DNA of 64,000 nucleotides, from NCBI GenBank assembly GCA_963666515.2, contig OY762897.2, positions 1,440,001 to 1,504,000 on the forward strand. Reading direction: 5' to 3'. Below are positions 9,319-17,886 of this stretch, in pieces. The notes below the pieces were generated by a model, which worked only from the letters and a program-made list of their open reading frames with translations, made no database searches and was not told where the DNA came from. The DNA is from Candidatus Binatia bacterium (lineage in GTDB: Bacteria > Desulfobacterota > Binatia > UBA9968 > JAJDTQ01). Both the position numbers and the translations under genes were made by a program. Position 1 is the stretch's first letter. Each line of letters starts with the position of its first letter.

Positions 9319-11352
9319 TCACCTTAGTTTTTGGCGCTTCCCGCCAAAGGAGCCCTGCAAGTGATTTTCGTCTACAATCTGTTCGAAAATCCCCGCCACC
9401 TCCTCTGCATTTGGTCCGTAAAAGTCTCCGTCAATATACCCCACTCTCAAGTCCATATTCGGGTTTGGCTTGTGATTTCCTTGTAGGAAAAACGACCCGT
9501 CGCTGTTCTGCCTCAGATTCTCCCAACTAAGTACTCTCCTCCCCGTATACGGGGTGGTGATCCCTGGCAAACCTGGAAGATCGTCCGCGACGGTCAAGGT
9601 CACGTCCAATGTATCGTCAGCGAAGTGGTATTTCACTTCCGACGTGCCGCCCAAACTACCACTTTTGTCGTACTCACCAACACGGCTCCACCACCCGAAC
9701 ATCCCACCACGCCATGTGGCGACAGCTTCGTTGCCAAGAGGTCTCGGAAAGTCTTCATACAACTGGCCGAACGCAAAACTGTGTGTCGAGTGGCCACTGA
9801 GAAGAGTCTCGTCAGGAATCAACATCATACCCCAAGCGCCGTACTCTCCCCAGTTGCCTACAGCGTTGAAACCATTGAACAGATCTTGCTCATCCGGCGT
9901 CAGGGGTTGTCCGCTGGCGAGTTTGTCAAGGGCCGAGGTCATCTTCGGCAAATCTGGACCAAACACAAAGTATCCATTCGAATCCGGTTGGTCCGACTGC
10001 TTAACTATTTTACCTTCCAATTCTTCCAGAACATATCCTGCGCTTACGGTTTGACGGCTTCCACCTCGACGATTGTCAATTGTACAAAGCCTACCTCTAC
10101 TGCCCACGCCGGGACAAATCACCTCGTCGCGTAACAATTCTTGAGGGCGGTTTATGTAATAATAGGTTACGTCACTCAGTTCAAAATGGTCTGCACTGAA
10201 GTGGGGCAAGCCAGCAGGAAGATCAGGGTAAGACGTCGTTTGGACCCGTGGCGGCAACTTGACAACAGATCCGTTTATCGTTTCCGTAGGTGCAGCCCAG
10301 TACGTTAAATTGTACTCCGGATAAACCGTGTTATCAAGGAGAAATAGGCGGTTTACGGCACAGCCACCCGCGTCTGAACACGTATAGACGCGCCGCGTTC
10401 CATCTGCTGCCTGTACTACCTTCTCTTCTCCCATTCTCAAGAAAAAGCCGCTTTCGTCGTCGGTCACATGTATTCTATCATTCGAATACCATTCCCAGGA
10501 ATTCGGCCCCGTAGCTCGCAAATTTTCGAACTCACATTGGCTATCTTGGGCGCACGTAACGAATTGTTTACGGGAACTTCCAAGCAACATCACAGGGATT
10601 TGTTCCCACGGATCCAAGTGGCCAGTGAGGAGTCCGCTAGCGCCTTCCAGGTATAGCGGTCGGCCGCTATCTTGATCGAGCTCGATGCTGAACAGACCCG
10701 CTTGGTCCTTGGTGACGGATATTATACGACAACCTGGACCACCAGAGGGACACAGTAAAAAGGTACCTTGTGACAATCTTCCACCAGTACCGGCGTTCAG
10801 AGTAAAGGGGATACTCCCGCTCGTCTCTGCAGTAAGCATTCCCCCGGAATATCGGGCCTCCCCTCCAGCCCCATCTACCGTCACCACACATGCGGCCTCG
10901 CCCGCACATGTAAACCGAACGCCGTCACGCTCCAACGTCTCACCAGGCTCCACTTGAAAACTTTCACTGCCGGTAAAAGTGTGCCCCGCCGGTAAACTAA
11001 CGGGTGTCCCTTGCGAGGGCGGCGGAACAGCGGCCACGTTGAGCATTCCGCCTGTATATCGCGCCTCTCCTCCAGCCGCGTCTACCGCCACCACACATGC
11101 GACCTCGCCTGCACACGTAAACCGAACGCCGCCACGCTCCAACGTCTCACCAGGCTCCACTTGAAAACTTTCACCACCGATAAGAGTGTGCCCCGCCGGC
11201 AATGCAACGGTTGTCCCTTGCGACGACGGGGGAACTGTTGTTCGCTGCCCGGCGCTACTGCATGCCACACCGACAAGCGTCATCATCAACGCGATATACC
11301 GGATCGAACCCATGTGACCTAGAAACGGCCATCTTCTATGACCTCTACTCAT
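9319..11352 (-). CDS. Surface lipoprotein with TbpB-like C-terminal beta-barrel and an N-terminal tandem repeat
   Basis: Lipobox-like GVAC; ATWRGGM...GDFYGPNAEEVAGIF...GSFGGK; lower GC than flanks; start uncertain. Confidence 0.7.
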   Translation of the reverse strand: MSRGHRRWPFLGHMGSIRYIALMMTLVGVACSSAGQRTTVPPSSQGTTVALPAGHTLIGGESFQVEPGETLERGGVRFTCAGEVACVVAVDAAGGEARYTGGMLNVAAVPPPSQGTPVSLPAGHTFTGSESFQVEPGETLERDGVRFTCAGEAACVVTVDGAGGEARYSGGMLTAETSGSIPFTLNAGTGGRLSQGTFLLCPSGGPGCRIISVTKDQAGLFSIELDQDSGRPLYLEGASGLLTGHLDPWEQIPVMLLGSSRKQFVTCAQDSQCEFENLRATGPNSWEWYSNDRIHVTDDESGFFLRMGEEKVVQAADGTRRVYTCSDAGGCAVNRLFLLDNTVYPEYNLTYWAAPTETINGSVVKLPPRVQTTSYPDLPAGLPHFSADHFELSDVTYYYINRPQELLRDEVICPGVGSRGRLCTIDNRRGGSRQTVSAGYVLEELEGKIVKQSDQPDSNGYFVFGPDLPKMTSALDKLASGQPLTPDEQDLFNGFNAVGNWGEYGAWGMMLIPDETLLSGHSTHSFAFGQLYEDFPRPLGNEAVATWRGGMFGWWSRVGEYDKSGSLGGTSEVKYHFADDTLDVTLTVADDLPGLPGITTPYTGRRVLSWENLRQNSDGSFFLQGNHKPNPNMDLRVGYIDGDFYGPNAEEVAGIFEQIVDENHLQGSFGGKRQKLR
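10835..11236. repeat. Two-copy 207-bp (69 aa) tandem repeat inside the lipoprotein gene
   Basis: LPAGHT...ESFQVEPGETLER.GVRFTCAGE.ACVV...GGEARY.GGML occurs twice, offset 207 nt. Confidence 0.9.
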
Positions 11353-11460
11353 TTGAGCTCCCTTCTTTGCATTTGTGACTCCTGCATGGATTACGACGCA
11401 TGTACGCTAAGACGAAATTCTGACTGGAACTTCGGGCTAAGGCGAGAGTCTCCGTGGCAC

Positions 11461-11685
11461 TGGAGTTACCCCGTTTCAGTGGACAGTTGAGGGCGCTTGT
11501 CGCACCCAGTTCCGAATCGCTGAAGCCGAGCACTCAAACTCCCGAGCCGGCTCCGTTGGCCTGCGACCCCCGCGAACCAACTCAACCACCTGTTGCCGGT
11601 ATTCCGCCGCGAACGACGGACCTTTCCTCGACATACCGACACCTCCTGCGCACAGTTTAGTGTCCACCAAATCGGGTCAACTCCA
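11461..11685 (-). mobile_element. Internally deleted IS3-family element (225 bp, MITE-like)
   Basis: TG...CA IRs TGGAGTTACCCCGTTTCAGTGGACA / TGGAGTTGACCCGATTTGGTGGACA; retains the OrfA HTH start MSRKGPSFAAEYRQQVVELVR. Confidence 0.85.
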
Positions 11686-11700
11686 TGGTGCGATGTCGCG

Positions 11701-12732
11701 TTATTCGCGTTTAGCTCCGAATGAGCCGACGATCCTGACACCACGCTCGCCATGGCCGGCGGTGAAGGGGTCGGCGTCGAATTTGAAATAGGTGCCTGCC
11801 ACTTCCTGCCAGTCAGGGCCGTAGAAGCGTCCCTCGACGTTCCATCCGCCGATCTCAAAAACGTTGCCGAACATGCCGTGAGACTGAAGCTCTTGGACTT
11901 CTAAGCCGCGCCAGCGGACGCCAGTCGCGAGTTCCGGGATGGTTCCTTCGAAGTTTCTTAGAGCGATGTCTAGGGTCATGCTGCTGTCGAGGTCGTCCTC
12001 GTAGGTCGCGGTTATCATGGCGTCTCCCTGGGCAAATCCGGTTGCTCCTATGGCAAGGCGTCCAGGATCTTCGGTCCGGGCGACTTCTATGCGCCTTGCG
12101 GATGTAAAGCCCCTGTAAGTGGCTGTTCTGAATGGTGGATTGCCGACAGGCGGGATGCCGTGTACGTGCGCTTGAGCGTAACGGACGAAGTGATCACCCT
12201 CGACGAAGCCGTTGCTGAAAGTGGCAAAATAGTGCCAATCTCCCCAGGCGCCGTAGATGTGGCCGACGTGGATGTTGGCGTCGCTGAAGCCTCTGCCACT
12301 GAAATCTCCGGTCATTCCATTGCCCCCCGGGACTCGGAGGCTTGCTTGGGACACGTCGAAACTGGCGGGGCTTCCATAAAGACCAACAAGGGATTCGAAC
12401 CTCTGGGAGTCCTGTCTGCATGACTGGCTTCCTGCAGACTCGCAGGCTGCTTGTATATTAATTCGAGATCCGAAATCGTCTCCTTCTTCTGCTTTGGCGA
12501 TGATCGCTGCGATGGCTGTGTTCGCCTGTGATGAGCTTGTGACGTAGCCGGGCCCTCTCTGCGCCGTCGGCTCCTCCTGACCCGTGTTCTTGCCTGACTG
12601 CTGGTCTTCACCTGGCGTTGGCGGAAGAATCTCTTCTTGGAAGGAAGTGCCGCTGCAACCGGTAAGGACGAGCAAGGCAACAAGCGAAGAGGCTATTGAG
12701 GTCTTCTTCACAACATACATAGCGAGCTTCAT
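11701..12732 (-). CDS. Surface lipoprotein with TbpB-like C-terminal barrel
   Basis: LTGC lipobox; ATYRG...GRFYGPDWQEVAGTY...GSFGAK. Confidence 0.75.
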   Translation of the reverse strand: MKLAMYVVKKTSIASSLVALLVLTGCSGTSFQEEILPPTPGEDQQSGKNTGQEEPTAQRGPGYVTSSSQANTAIAAIIAKAEEGDDFGSRINIQAACESAGSQSCRQDSQRFESLVGLYGSPASFDVSQASLRVPGGNGMTGDFSGRGFSDANIHVGHIYGAWGDWHYFATFSNGFVEGDHFVRYAQAHVHGIPPVGNPPFRTATYRGFTSARRIEVARTEDPGRLAIGATGFAQGDAMITATYEDDLDSSMTLDIALRNFEGTIPELATGVRWRGLEVQELQSHGMFGNVFEIGGWNVEGRFYGPDWQEVAGTYFKFDADPFTAGHGERGVRIVGSFGAKRE

Positions 12733-12844
12733 AACAATCTCTCCTCTCAGGGTTGATTGGCTGTAGCGGGCAACGGTAAACCCTATAATTGCAAAACCCG
12801 CACCCTTAGTTGCTCCCGTCATTCGGTGAGAGTCCGTTGGTACG

Positions 12845-13333
12845 CTACTCCAGCACCTGCCACAACTTTCCGTCCTTCGACGCAACCTTCAGACACCTGA
12901 GCAAAATCAGCTTCGTTTCTGCCGCCGTCTTTTTCGCGCCTTCACTCATGGAACCGACCAATCCGGTGACGAGCCCCACGCCGGCGCCAATGCCGGCTGC
13001 TTCCCCGATCTTGACGCCGCCGACACCCGCCATGTCGAAGATCTGTGCCATCTCGGTGGCCATCGCGGCCCCTTGCACCGTGGATTGGGCCGTATCTGTA
13101 AGGGTCGCCAATTGTGCTTCCTGCGCGGCCGTCATTTGACGGTTGTTGGCGACGTTCCGACAAATCCCGAGCACCTGCTTGTATTTTTCCTCTTGTCCCG
13201 GCTCGACGTAGACCGACGGTATGTACTGTCCGGCTCCAAGCCCGCTGGAGTCGACGGCTCCCTTGTAGGCCGATCCACAACCAGCGAGAAAGAACAGCCA
13301 CAGAACCGCAGATACCTTGCCTATGTTTCGCAT
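12845..13333 (-). CDS. Glycine-zipper-like lipoprotein
   Basis: LAGC lipobox, paired Cys, Gly/Ala-rich segment; AGGAGG RBS. Confidence 0.7.
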   Translation of the reverse strand: MRNIGKVSAVLWLFFLAGCGSAYKGAVDSSGLGAGQYIPSVYVEPGQEEKYKQVLGICRNVANNRQMTAAQEAQLATLTDTAQSTVQGAAMATEMAQIFDMAGVGGVKIGEAAGIGAGVGLVTGLVGSMSEGAKKTAAETKLILLRCLKVASKDGKLWQVLE

Positions 13334-13625
13334 GTCGATTTCCTCCTCTAGTCCAAGCCGTCGTCTGACGGTCGCGTGAAAGCCGATCCGTACGTATAAG
13401 GGGCAGCGACAGGTTCTACGGGTTCCAAGCTACTGCACCTCTCGACGCTTTAAGGTCATGATCGACCTAAACGCACGATATTGGGTGTTGAGTGCACTAG
13501 CTAGACCACAACCTGACAATGATTGACATTTCAGGGCGCTAGCGATCAGGAGGATGCGCGAGGTGGAGGTGCAGGGCAGGGGTGCGAAGGTTGCAAATCT
13601 GTCCGGGGGGCTGACGGTGGATTTC

Positions 13626-14264
13626 TTACTTGGGCACCACGTAGTGCGGTAGTGACCGTTTTGCCTCGTCACAGGCGGCCTGTATGAAATTGACACCCGC
13701 CTCCACGGCGTTCGTTGAGCGACGGCTGAACGCGGTCCCGTACCGGATCAATAGCAGTGACAAGACGGACGTCGCTTCTTCGGCATCCCATTCACCCGCC
13801 CCGGACAACGTAGTCTGTATGGCGCCGTCAGCGGCCTTGAAGGCCGCCACAACCCGGTCTACGTCGCCCTTCTCTCCCAATGGCTTCCCGTCCAGTACGA
13901 GGCTTCTCGTGAGGAACAGGGACAACACGTACAGTGCTTCCCTGAAACCCCACTCGCTTGGGTTCAAGAGTTCCCGTTGAATGGTGTCTTCGGCAGCCGC
14001 CAAAACCGCCGTGAGGTCGAGGCGGTCACTCTGCGACTCGTTCCTGTTTTGTCCGTCACCGTCGCCCAATGCCGCCAAAGTGGCGAGCTCGATCTTCAAT
14101 GCCTGCGCGATGGCAATGGCCGACTTGAGCCGCGTAAGACTTCCGCCCTTCTCGATGCGCCGGATCGTTCGCCCATCCAGGACGGCCTCTTCGGCCAACC
14201 TTTCCGGGGTCCAACCAAGCTCCAGCCGCCTCCGCCGCATTAGTTCATGATTGACTCGGACCAT
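13626..14264 (-). CDS. XRE-family HTH protein
   Basis: RRRRLELGWTPERLAEEA...TIRRIEKG...IAQAL. Confidence 0.8.
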   Translation of the reverse strand: MVRVNHELMRRRRLELGWTPERLAEEAVLDGRTIRRIEKGGSLTRLKSAIAIAQALKIELATLAALGDGDGQNRNESQSDRLDLTAVLAAAEDTIQRELLNPSEWGFREALYVLSLFLTRSLVLDGKPLGEKGDVDRVVAAFKAADGAIQTTLSGAGEWDAEEATSVLSLLLIRYGTAFSRRSTNAVEAGVNFIQAACDEAKRSLPHYVVPK

Positions 14265-14521
14265 GGCAGGACCTCTCCGTTCTTGGCCCGCAAAAGCGAT
14301 TCGTCGAACTGAGAACCTGTTACCAGAGCTTCAACGGCACTAGCTATGCCATAACTCGGCAATGAGAGGCATTTAATGACACTCAAAGAGGAGAACTGTA
14401 TGAATGATGCGTTCGACGGGCACGACTGAACCTGCATGGCACCATTGATCCCCACTTCATCGACGCGCGGCTACCGGATGGTCCGCCAAACAGCGGCCCC
14501 GTCGGCGCTTGTGACGCTCGC

Positions 14522-14689
14522 TCATTCGGTATCGTCCTCGGAAGCTTCACTTGAGCGCTGGTTGAGCTGATCGAGTTCCGCCATCGACTCGAGAATTCGG
14601 AACGCGGCCTCTTCGAAAATGTCGCAATACCGGTTCTCTTTCCACTCTGGTCCATCGGGAGTGACATCCAAGAAGACGTTCCAACCCTT
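14522..14689 (-). pseudogene. 3' fragment of an HTH gene interrupted by the IS1595 element
   Basis: Removing the element restores the frame ...EWKGW-NVFLDVTPDG...DDTE*. Confidence 0.75.
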
Positions 14690-14738
14690 GGGAATTATAT
14701 ACTAGTTTACCCAAGGTGGTGGACTAGAGACGGGGGGT

Positions 14739-14990
14739 ATGCCGATGAGAATACGTTGGTGGCAAATGGGTTTGCATGTTGACGCAGAGTCCGAGGAGGA
14801 ACACGAGTCACTGGTACAGATATGGAGAGCCCTGAAAGGGTTGAACAACTTAGGATTCGTCGTTGATGATAAGGGTTGGTCTATCCGAACCGTACCAATC
14901 GGAGTTGTCGAGGCAGACGACAAGGAGGTCGTCGTTACTGTCGATGAAGCGGTTGAAGTGAAGGAAAAGCCTCTTGGCGGTGGTTCCTGA
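14739..14990 (+). CDS. Small hypothetical protein, paralog of 17635..17886
   Basis: MRIRWWQMGLHVDAESEEEHESL resembles MRVYWHYKYGLVLGPENEEEREHL. Confidence 0.5.
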   Translation: MPMRIRWWQMGLHVDAESEEEHESLVQIWRALKGLNNLGFVVDDKGWSIRTVPIGVVEADDKEVVVTVDEAVEVKEKPLGGGS

Positions 14991-15110
14991 TACGTTGATG
15001 AGCCATTGAGAATCCAGCACTTTCAGAGGGCGATAAACGGTTAGTGCCTTTCTTAGTTTAGGGTAGTCCTGTTCAGGATAGTTGAGGTCGTAGTTAATGA
15101 GGTATCTCAT
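14850..15110 (-). CDS. Small Cas2/VapD-like (ferredoxin-fold) protein
   Basis: MRYLINYDL N-terminal strand with Asp, LDSQW, IDSNDDLLV; 86 aa. Confidence 0.6.
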   Translation of the reverse strand: MRYLINYDLNYPEQDYPKLRKALTVYRPLKVLDSQWLINVSGTTAKRLFLHFNRFIDSNDDLLVVCLDNSDWYGSDRPTLIINDES

Positions 15111-15188
15111 GGTTGGCGTGTATTGCACGGGGTATGGCGTCTGTCAAGAGGGTTTTGGACGGGTCGGTTTTGCTGTGGAGAAAGGGGG

Positions 15189-15218
15189 TTGACAGGGTAG
15201 TTGGGGGTTTAGTAGGGT
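15189..15218 (+). promoter_or_regulatory. Possible sigma70 promoter upstream of structured RNA 1
   Basis: TTGACA-18-TAGGGT. Confidence 0.4.
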
Positions 15219-15224
15219 GCGAGG

Positions 15225-15358
15225 TTGCCAACGTCTTTCGGGAATCCGCTAAGTCGGGTTACCCGCTGAATAAAACAGCCTCTAGCCCGGCTCGGACTAG
15301 CTACCTGAGCCTAGGTAAATAGGTGGGGACTTCCCTCATTCCTGAGAGATGTTGGCAA
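15225..15358 (+). ncRNA. Predicted multi-branched structured RNA 1
   Basis: 21-bp closing stem whose three non-WC pairs are all G-U on the + strand; four internal hairpins. Confidence 0.55.
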
Positions 15359-15412
15359 TGGCCCGACACCAACGGGGTGTCGGCGAAATGCCTTATGAGG
15401 GAGGTACGGGGT

Positions 15413-15811
15413 ATGGCCAGATGGTTCAAGAAACTGAAGAAAGAATGGGAGACGGACTTTGAGAAGAACAATCCGCGTCAAGCCGCGACAGTGAGATGGT
15501 TGAACTCGGAACGGGCGCAAGCTGGGGTGCTTGGTTTTTTCCTTATGCCGTTGTTGTGCACTTTTTCTTGGGTGTGCTTGGTAGGTTTTCTCTGGCTGGT
15601 CGTGCTTTTGCTCAGAGGTGCGGCGAGTGGAGGAATGTCGATTCTTGAGGCGTACATATGGTATGAACTGATATTTGCTTCGATGGGCATTGCTGTTTTG
15701 GTGGGGTTGGTCCACGGATTAGCGAAATGGTTCAAGGCAACAAGGAGGCGAGCGGTTCGGGAAGAGGAGGAAATCCGTCTTGCCGTGCGACAACAGAGAA
15801 TGAATGAGTGA
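15413..15811 (+). CDS. Hypothetical membrane protein (IS passenger)
   Basis: GGGAGG RBS; two long hydrophobic segments. Confidence 0.6.
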   Translation: MARWFKKLKKEWETDFEKNNPRQAATVRWLNSERAQAGVLGFFLMPLLCTFSWVCLVGFLWLVVLLLRGAASGGMSILEAYIWYELIFASMGIAVLVGLVHGLAKWFKATRRRAVREEEEIRLAVRQQRMNE

Positions 15812-15895
15812 TTGGCCAAGTCTTGATGCGTATCATTGCTGAGGTCTGTACGGTTGTAGAGTGGCGGAACGGGGTTCCGTGTGGGAGTGAAGGCG

Positions 15896-16252
15896 ATGAA
15901 AACATACAAGATATTGGTAGGTTCGTCGGGTCGGGTTGAAGCGGTAAAACAGGGGTGGTCATGGCCAGCATTCTTCTTCAACATGTTTTGGTTGCCGGTC
16001 AAGAAGTTGTGGGGATGGAGGGCGGTTTTCTGGGGCGCTTGGGCTGCGATGGCGGTGACGACCACTTTTCTTGGCGTTCAGGGTGTTGAAGGGGCGGTGA
16101 ATATAGTGGTTGGCATTGTTCTTGGTCAGGTGGGAAATCAGATGAGGGAGAAGAACCTTGTATCGAGGGGGTTTGAGGTTCGTGATACGGTTCAGGCCGG
16201 GAATGTTGAAGCGGCTTTGGCTGCGTGGGAGAAGGGTGGTTCTGTTAGTTAG
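15896..16252 (+). CDS. DUF2628-like membrane protein
   Basis: EAVKQGWSWPAFFF...WLPVKKLW...GN..REKNLVSRGF. Confidence 0.75.
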   Translation: MKTYKILVGSSGRVEAVKQGWSWPAFFFNMFWLPVKKLWGWRAVFWGAWAAMAVTTTFLGVQGVEGAVNIVVGIVLGQVGNQMREKNLVSRGFEVRDTVQAGNVEAALAAWEKGGSVS

Positions 16253-16280
16253 GTTATATGTTGGGGGCTTGGAGTAGGGC

Positions 16281-16511
16281 GAGTTGTTTCAGTTTCGGGC
16301 ACCCTGTGCCGCTAGTCTATGCGGACGAGAAAGCAAAACGCCTTCTTTCCGTACCAACTAGCGAAAATCCTCGTCCCATTTTTCAATGTGATCGAGGATG
16401 TAAATTTCCACCGGTAGCCCGGTGGGGGTTCTGGGTAGGTCATGAGGCTACCCTCCTTTCTGGCGACGGTGCGCCCCTGAAAGGTGAGGGTGCCCGAAAC
16501 TGAAGCAATTC
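16281..16511 (+). ncRNA. Predicted multi-branched structured RNA 2
   Basis: 25-bp closing stem (two G-U pairs) enclosing four hairpins; non-coding interval. Confidence 0.65.
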
Positions 16512-16590
16512 ATACTTACTATGTAAGAGTCTGCATATGTCGGTCAGAATTTCAAGATGCCTTAATGGGCTATTTTCGTAATGGGTTCGT

Positions 16591-16619
16591 TTGACATTCA
16601 TCCAGCTTTGGGGTAAACT
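16591..16619 (+). promoter_or_regulatory. Transposase promoter overlapping an internal IR-like copy
   Basis: TTGACA-17-TAAACT; AGGAGG RBS at 16632-16637. Confidence 0.7.
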
Positions 16620-16646
16620 ACTTCCATAATTAGGAGGTAGGGAAAG

Positions 16647-17615
16647 ATGTCACAGAAGGCACCGGGCAAGGCATTTAGGCAGGGGCTGTCGATCAAGGCG
16701 TTGTTCAAGATGTTTCCTGATGACGAGACGGCGGAGAAGTGGTTTACTGAGGTCAGGTGGCCGGAAGGGGTTCGGTGTCCTAAGTGTGAGTCCGACAACA
16801 TCCAGGAGCGGGCTACGCGGAAGCCTCAGCCGTATCGTTGCCGGTCTTGCCGGAAGGACTTTTCAGTCAAAACGGATACCCTGATGCACAACTCGCCGTT
16901 GGGTTATCAGACGTGGGCGGTGGCGATTTATCTCATGACCACGGGATTGAAGGGGGTGTCGTCAATGAAGTTGCACCGGGATTTGGATGTGACGCAAAAG
17001 ACGGCGTGGCACTTGGCGATGAGAATCCGGGAGACCTTCGAGGACAAGGGGGTTGCGTTTGCTGGGCCGGTAGAGGTTGACGAGACGTATGTGGGTGGCA
17101 AGGAGAAGAACAAGCACGCGGACAAGAAGTTGAAGGCGGGGCGTGGGGCGGTGGGCAAGGCGGCGGTGGTGGGGATGAAGGACCGGGAGACTAACCGGGT
17201 GACGGCGGAGGCGGTTGAAAGCGTGGACGGGTTGACTTTGAAGGAATTCGTGCTGGACCAAGTGGTGGATGGTGCGAAGGTTTACACGGACGAGAACCGG
17301 GGGTATCAGGGGCTTCCGAACCACGAGACGGTGAATCACTCGGTCAAGGAGTACGTGGACGGGATGGCGCATACCAACGGGATTGAGTCCTTTTGGGCGG
17401 CATTGAAGCGGGGTTATCACGGTGTGTACCACAAGATGAGTGCGGAGCATCTGGACCGCTATGTTGGGGAGTTTGCGGGGCGACACAACATCAGGGACGA
17501 GGACACGGTAGTTCAGATGGCCGCTGTTGTACGAGGAATGGTCGGCAAGCGGTTGAGGTATAGGAATCTGGTTGCTTCACCGGAGAAGAAGATGCCGGGG
17601 AATGATGTCTTTTGA
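16647..17615 (+). CDS. IS1595-family (ISXO2-like) DDE transposase
   Basis: CPKC...CRSC zinc ribbon, VEVDETYVGG, VYTDE, HTNGIESFW. Confidence 0.95.
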   Translation: MSQKAPGKAFRQGLSIKALFKMFPDDETAEKWFTEVRWPEGVRCPKCESDNIQERATRKPQPYRCRSCRKDFSVKTDTLMHNSPLGYQTWAVAIYLMTTGLKGVSSMKLHRDLDVTQKTAWHLAMRIRETFEDKGVAFAGPVEVDETYVGGKEKNKHADKKLKAGRGAVGKAAVVGMKDRETNRVTAEAVESVDGLTLKEFVLDQVVDGAKVYTDENRGYQGLPNHETVNHSVKEYVDGMAHTNGIESFWAALKRGYHGVYHKMSAEHLDRYVGEFAGRHNIRDEDTVVQMAAVVRGMVGKRLRYRNLVASPEKKMPGNDVF

Positions 17616-17634
17616 GAAGGGGGGGGGTAGCCCT

Positions 17635-17886
17635 ATGCGTGTTTATTGGCATTATAAGTACGGCTTGGTATTGGGTCCAGAAAATGAAGAAGAGAGGGAG
17701 CATCTTAAAGTAGTGCAAAAGGTGTTTGAGATACCTAAAGAGGGTGAACCCGAATACGTGGGGGTAGAGAGGAGAGCGAGAGAGCACCGTTACGCGATGT
17801 ATCAGAAGCGTCAGAGGGATGAGTCAGCGGGGAAGGTCCCTGACATAGGGGGCGTCGCGGATGAGGGTGGGGGGGTGCATGACTGA
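17635..17886 (+). CDS. Small hypothetical protein, paralog of 14739..14990
   Basis: Similar N-terminus; G-rich RBS region; 83 aa. Confidence 0.5.
   Translation: MRVYWHYKYGLVLGPENEEEREHLKVVQKVFEIPKEGEPEYVGVERRAREHRYAMYQKRQRDESAGKVPDIGGVADEGGGVHD

Noticed and set aside
16258-16503. 81-aa ORF over structured RNA 2
   Set aside because: No RBS or motifs; dense pairing with strand-specific G-U pairs favours an RNA
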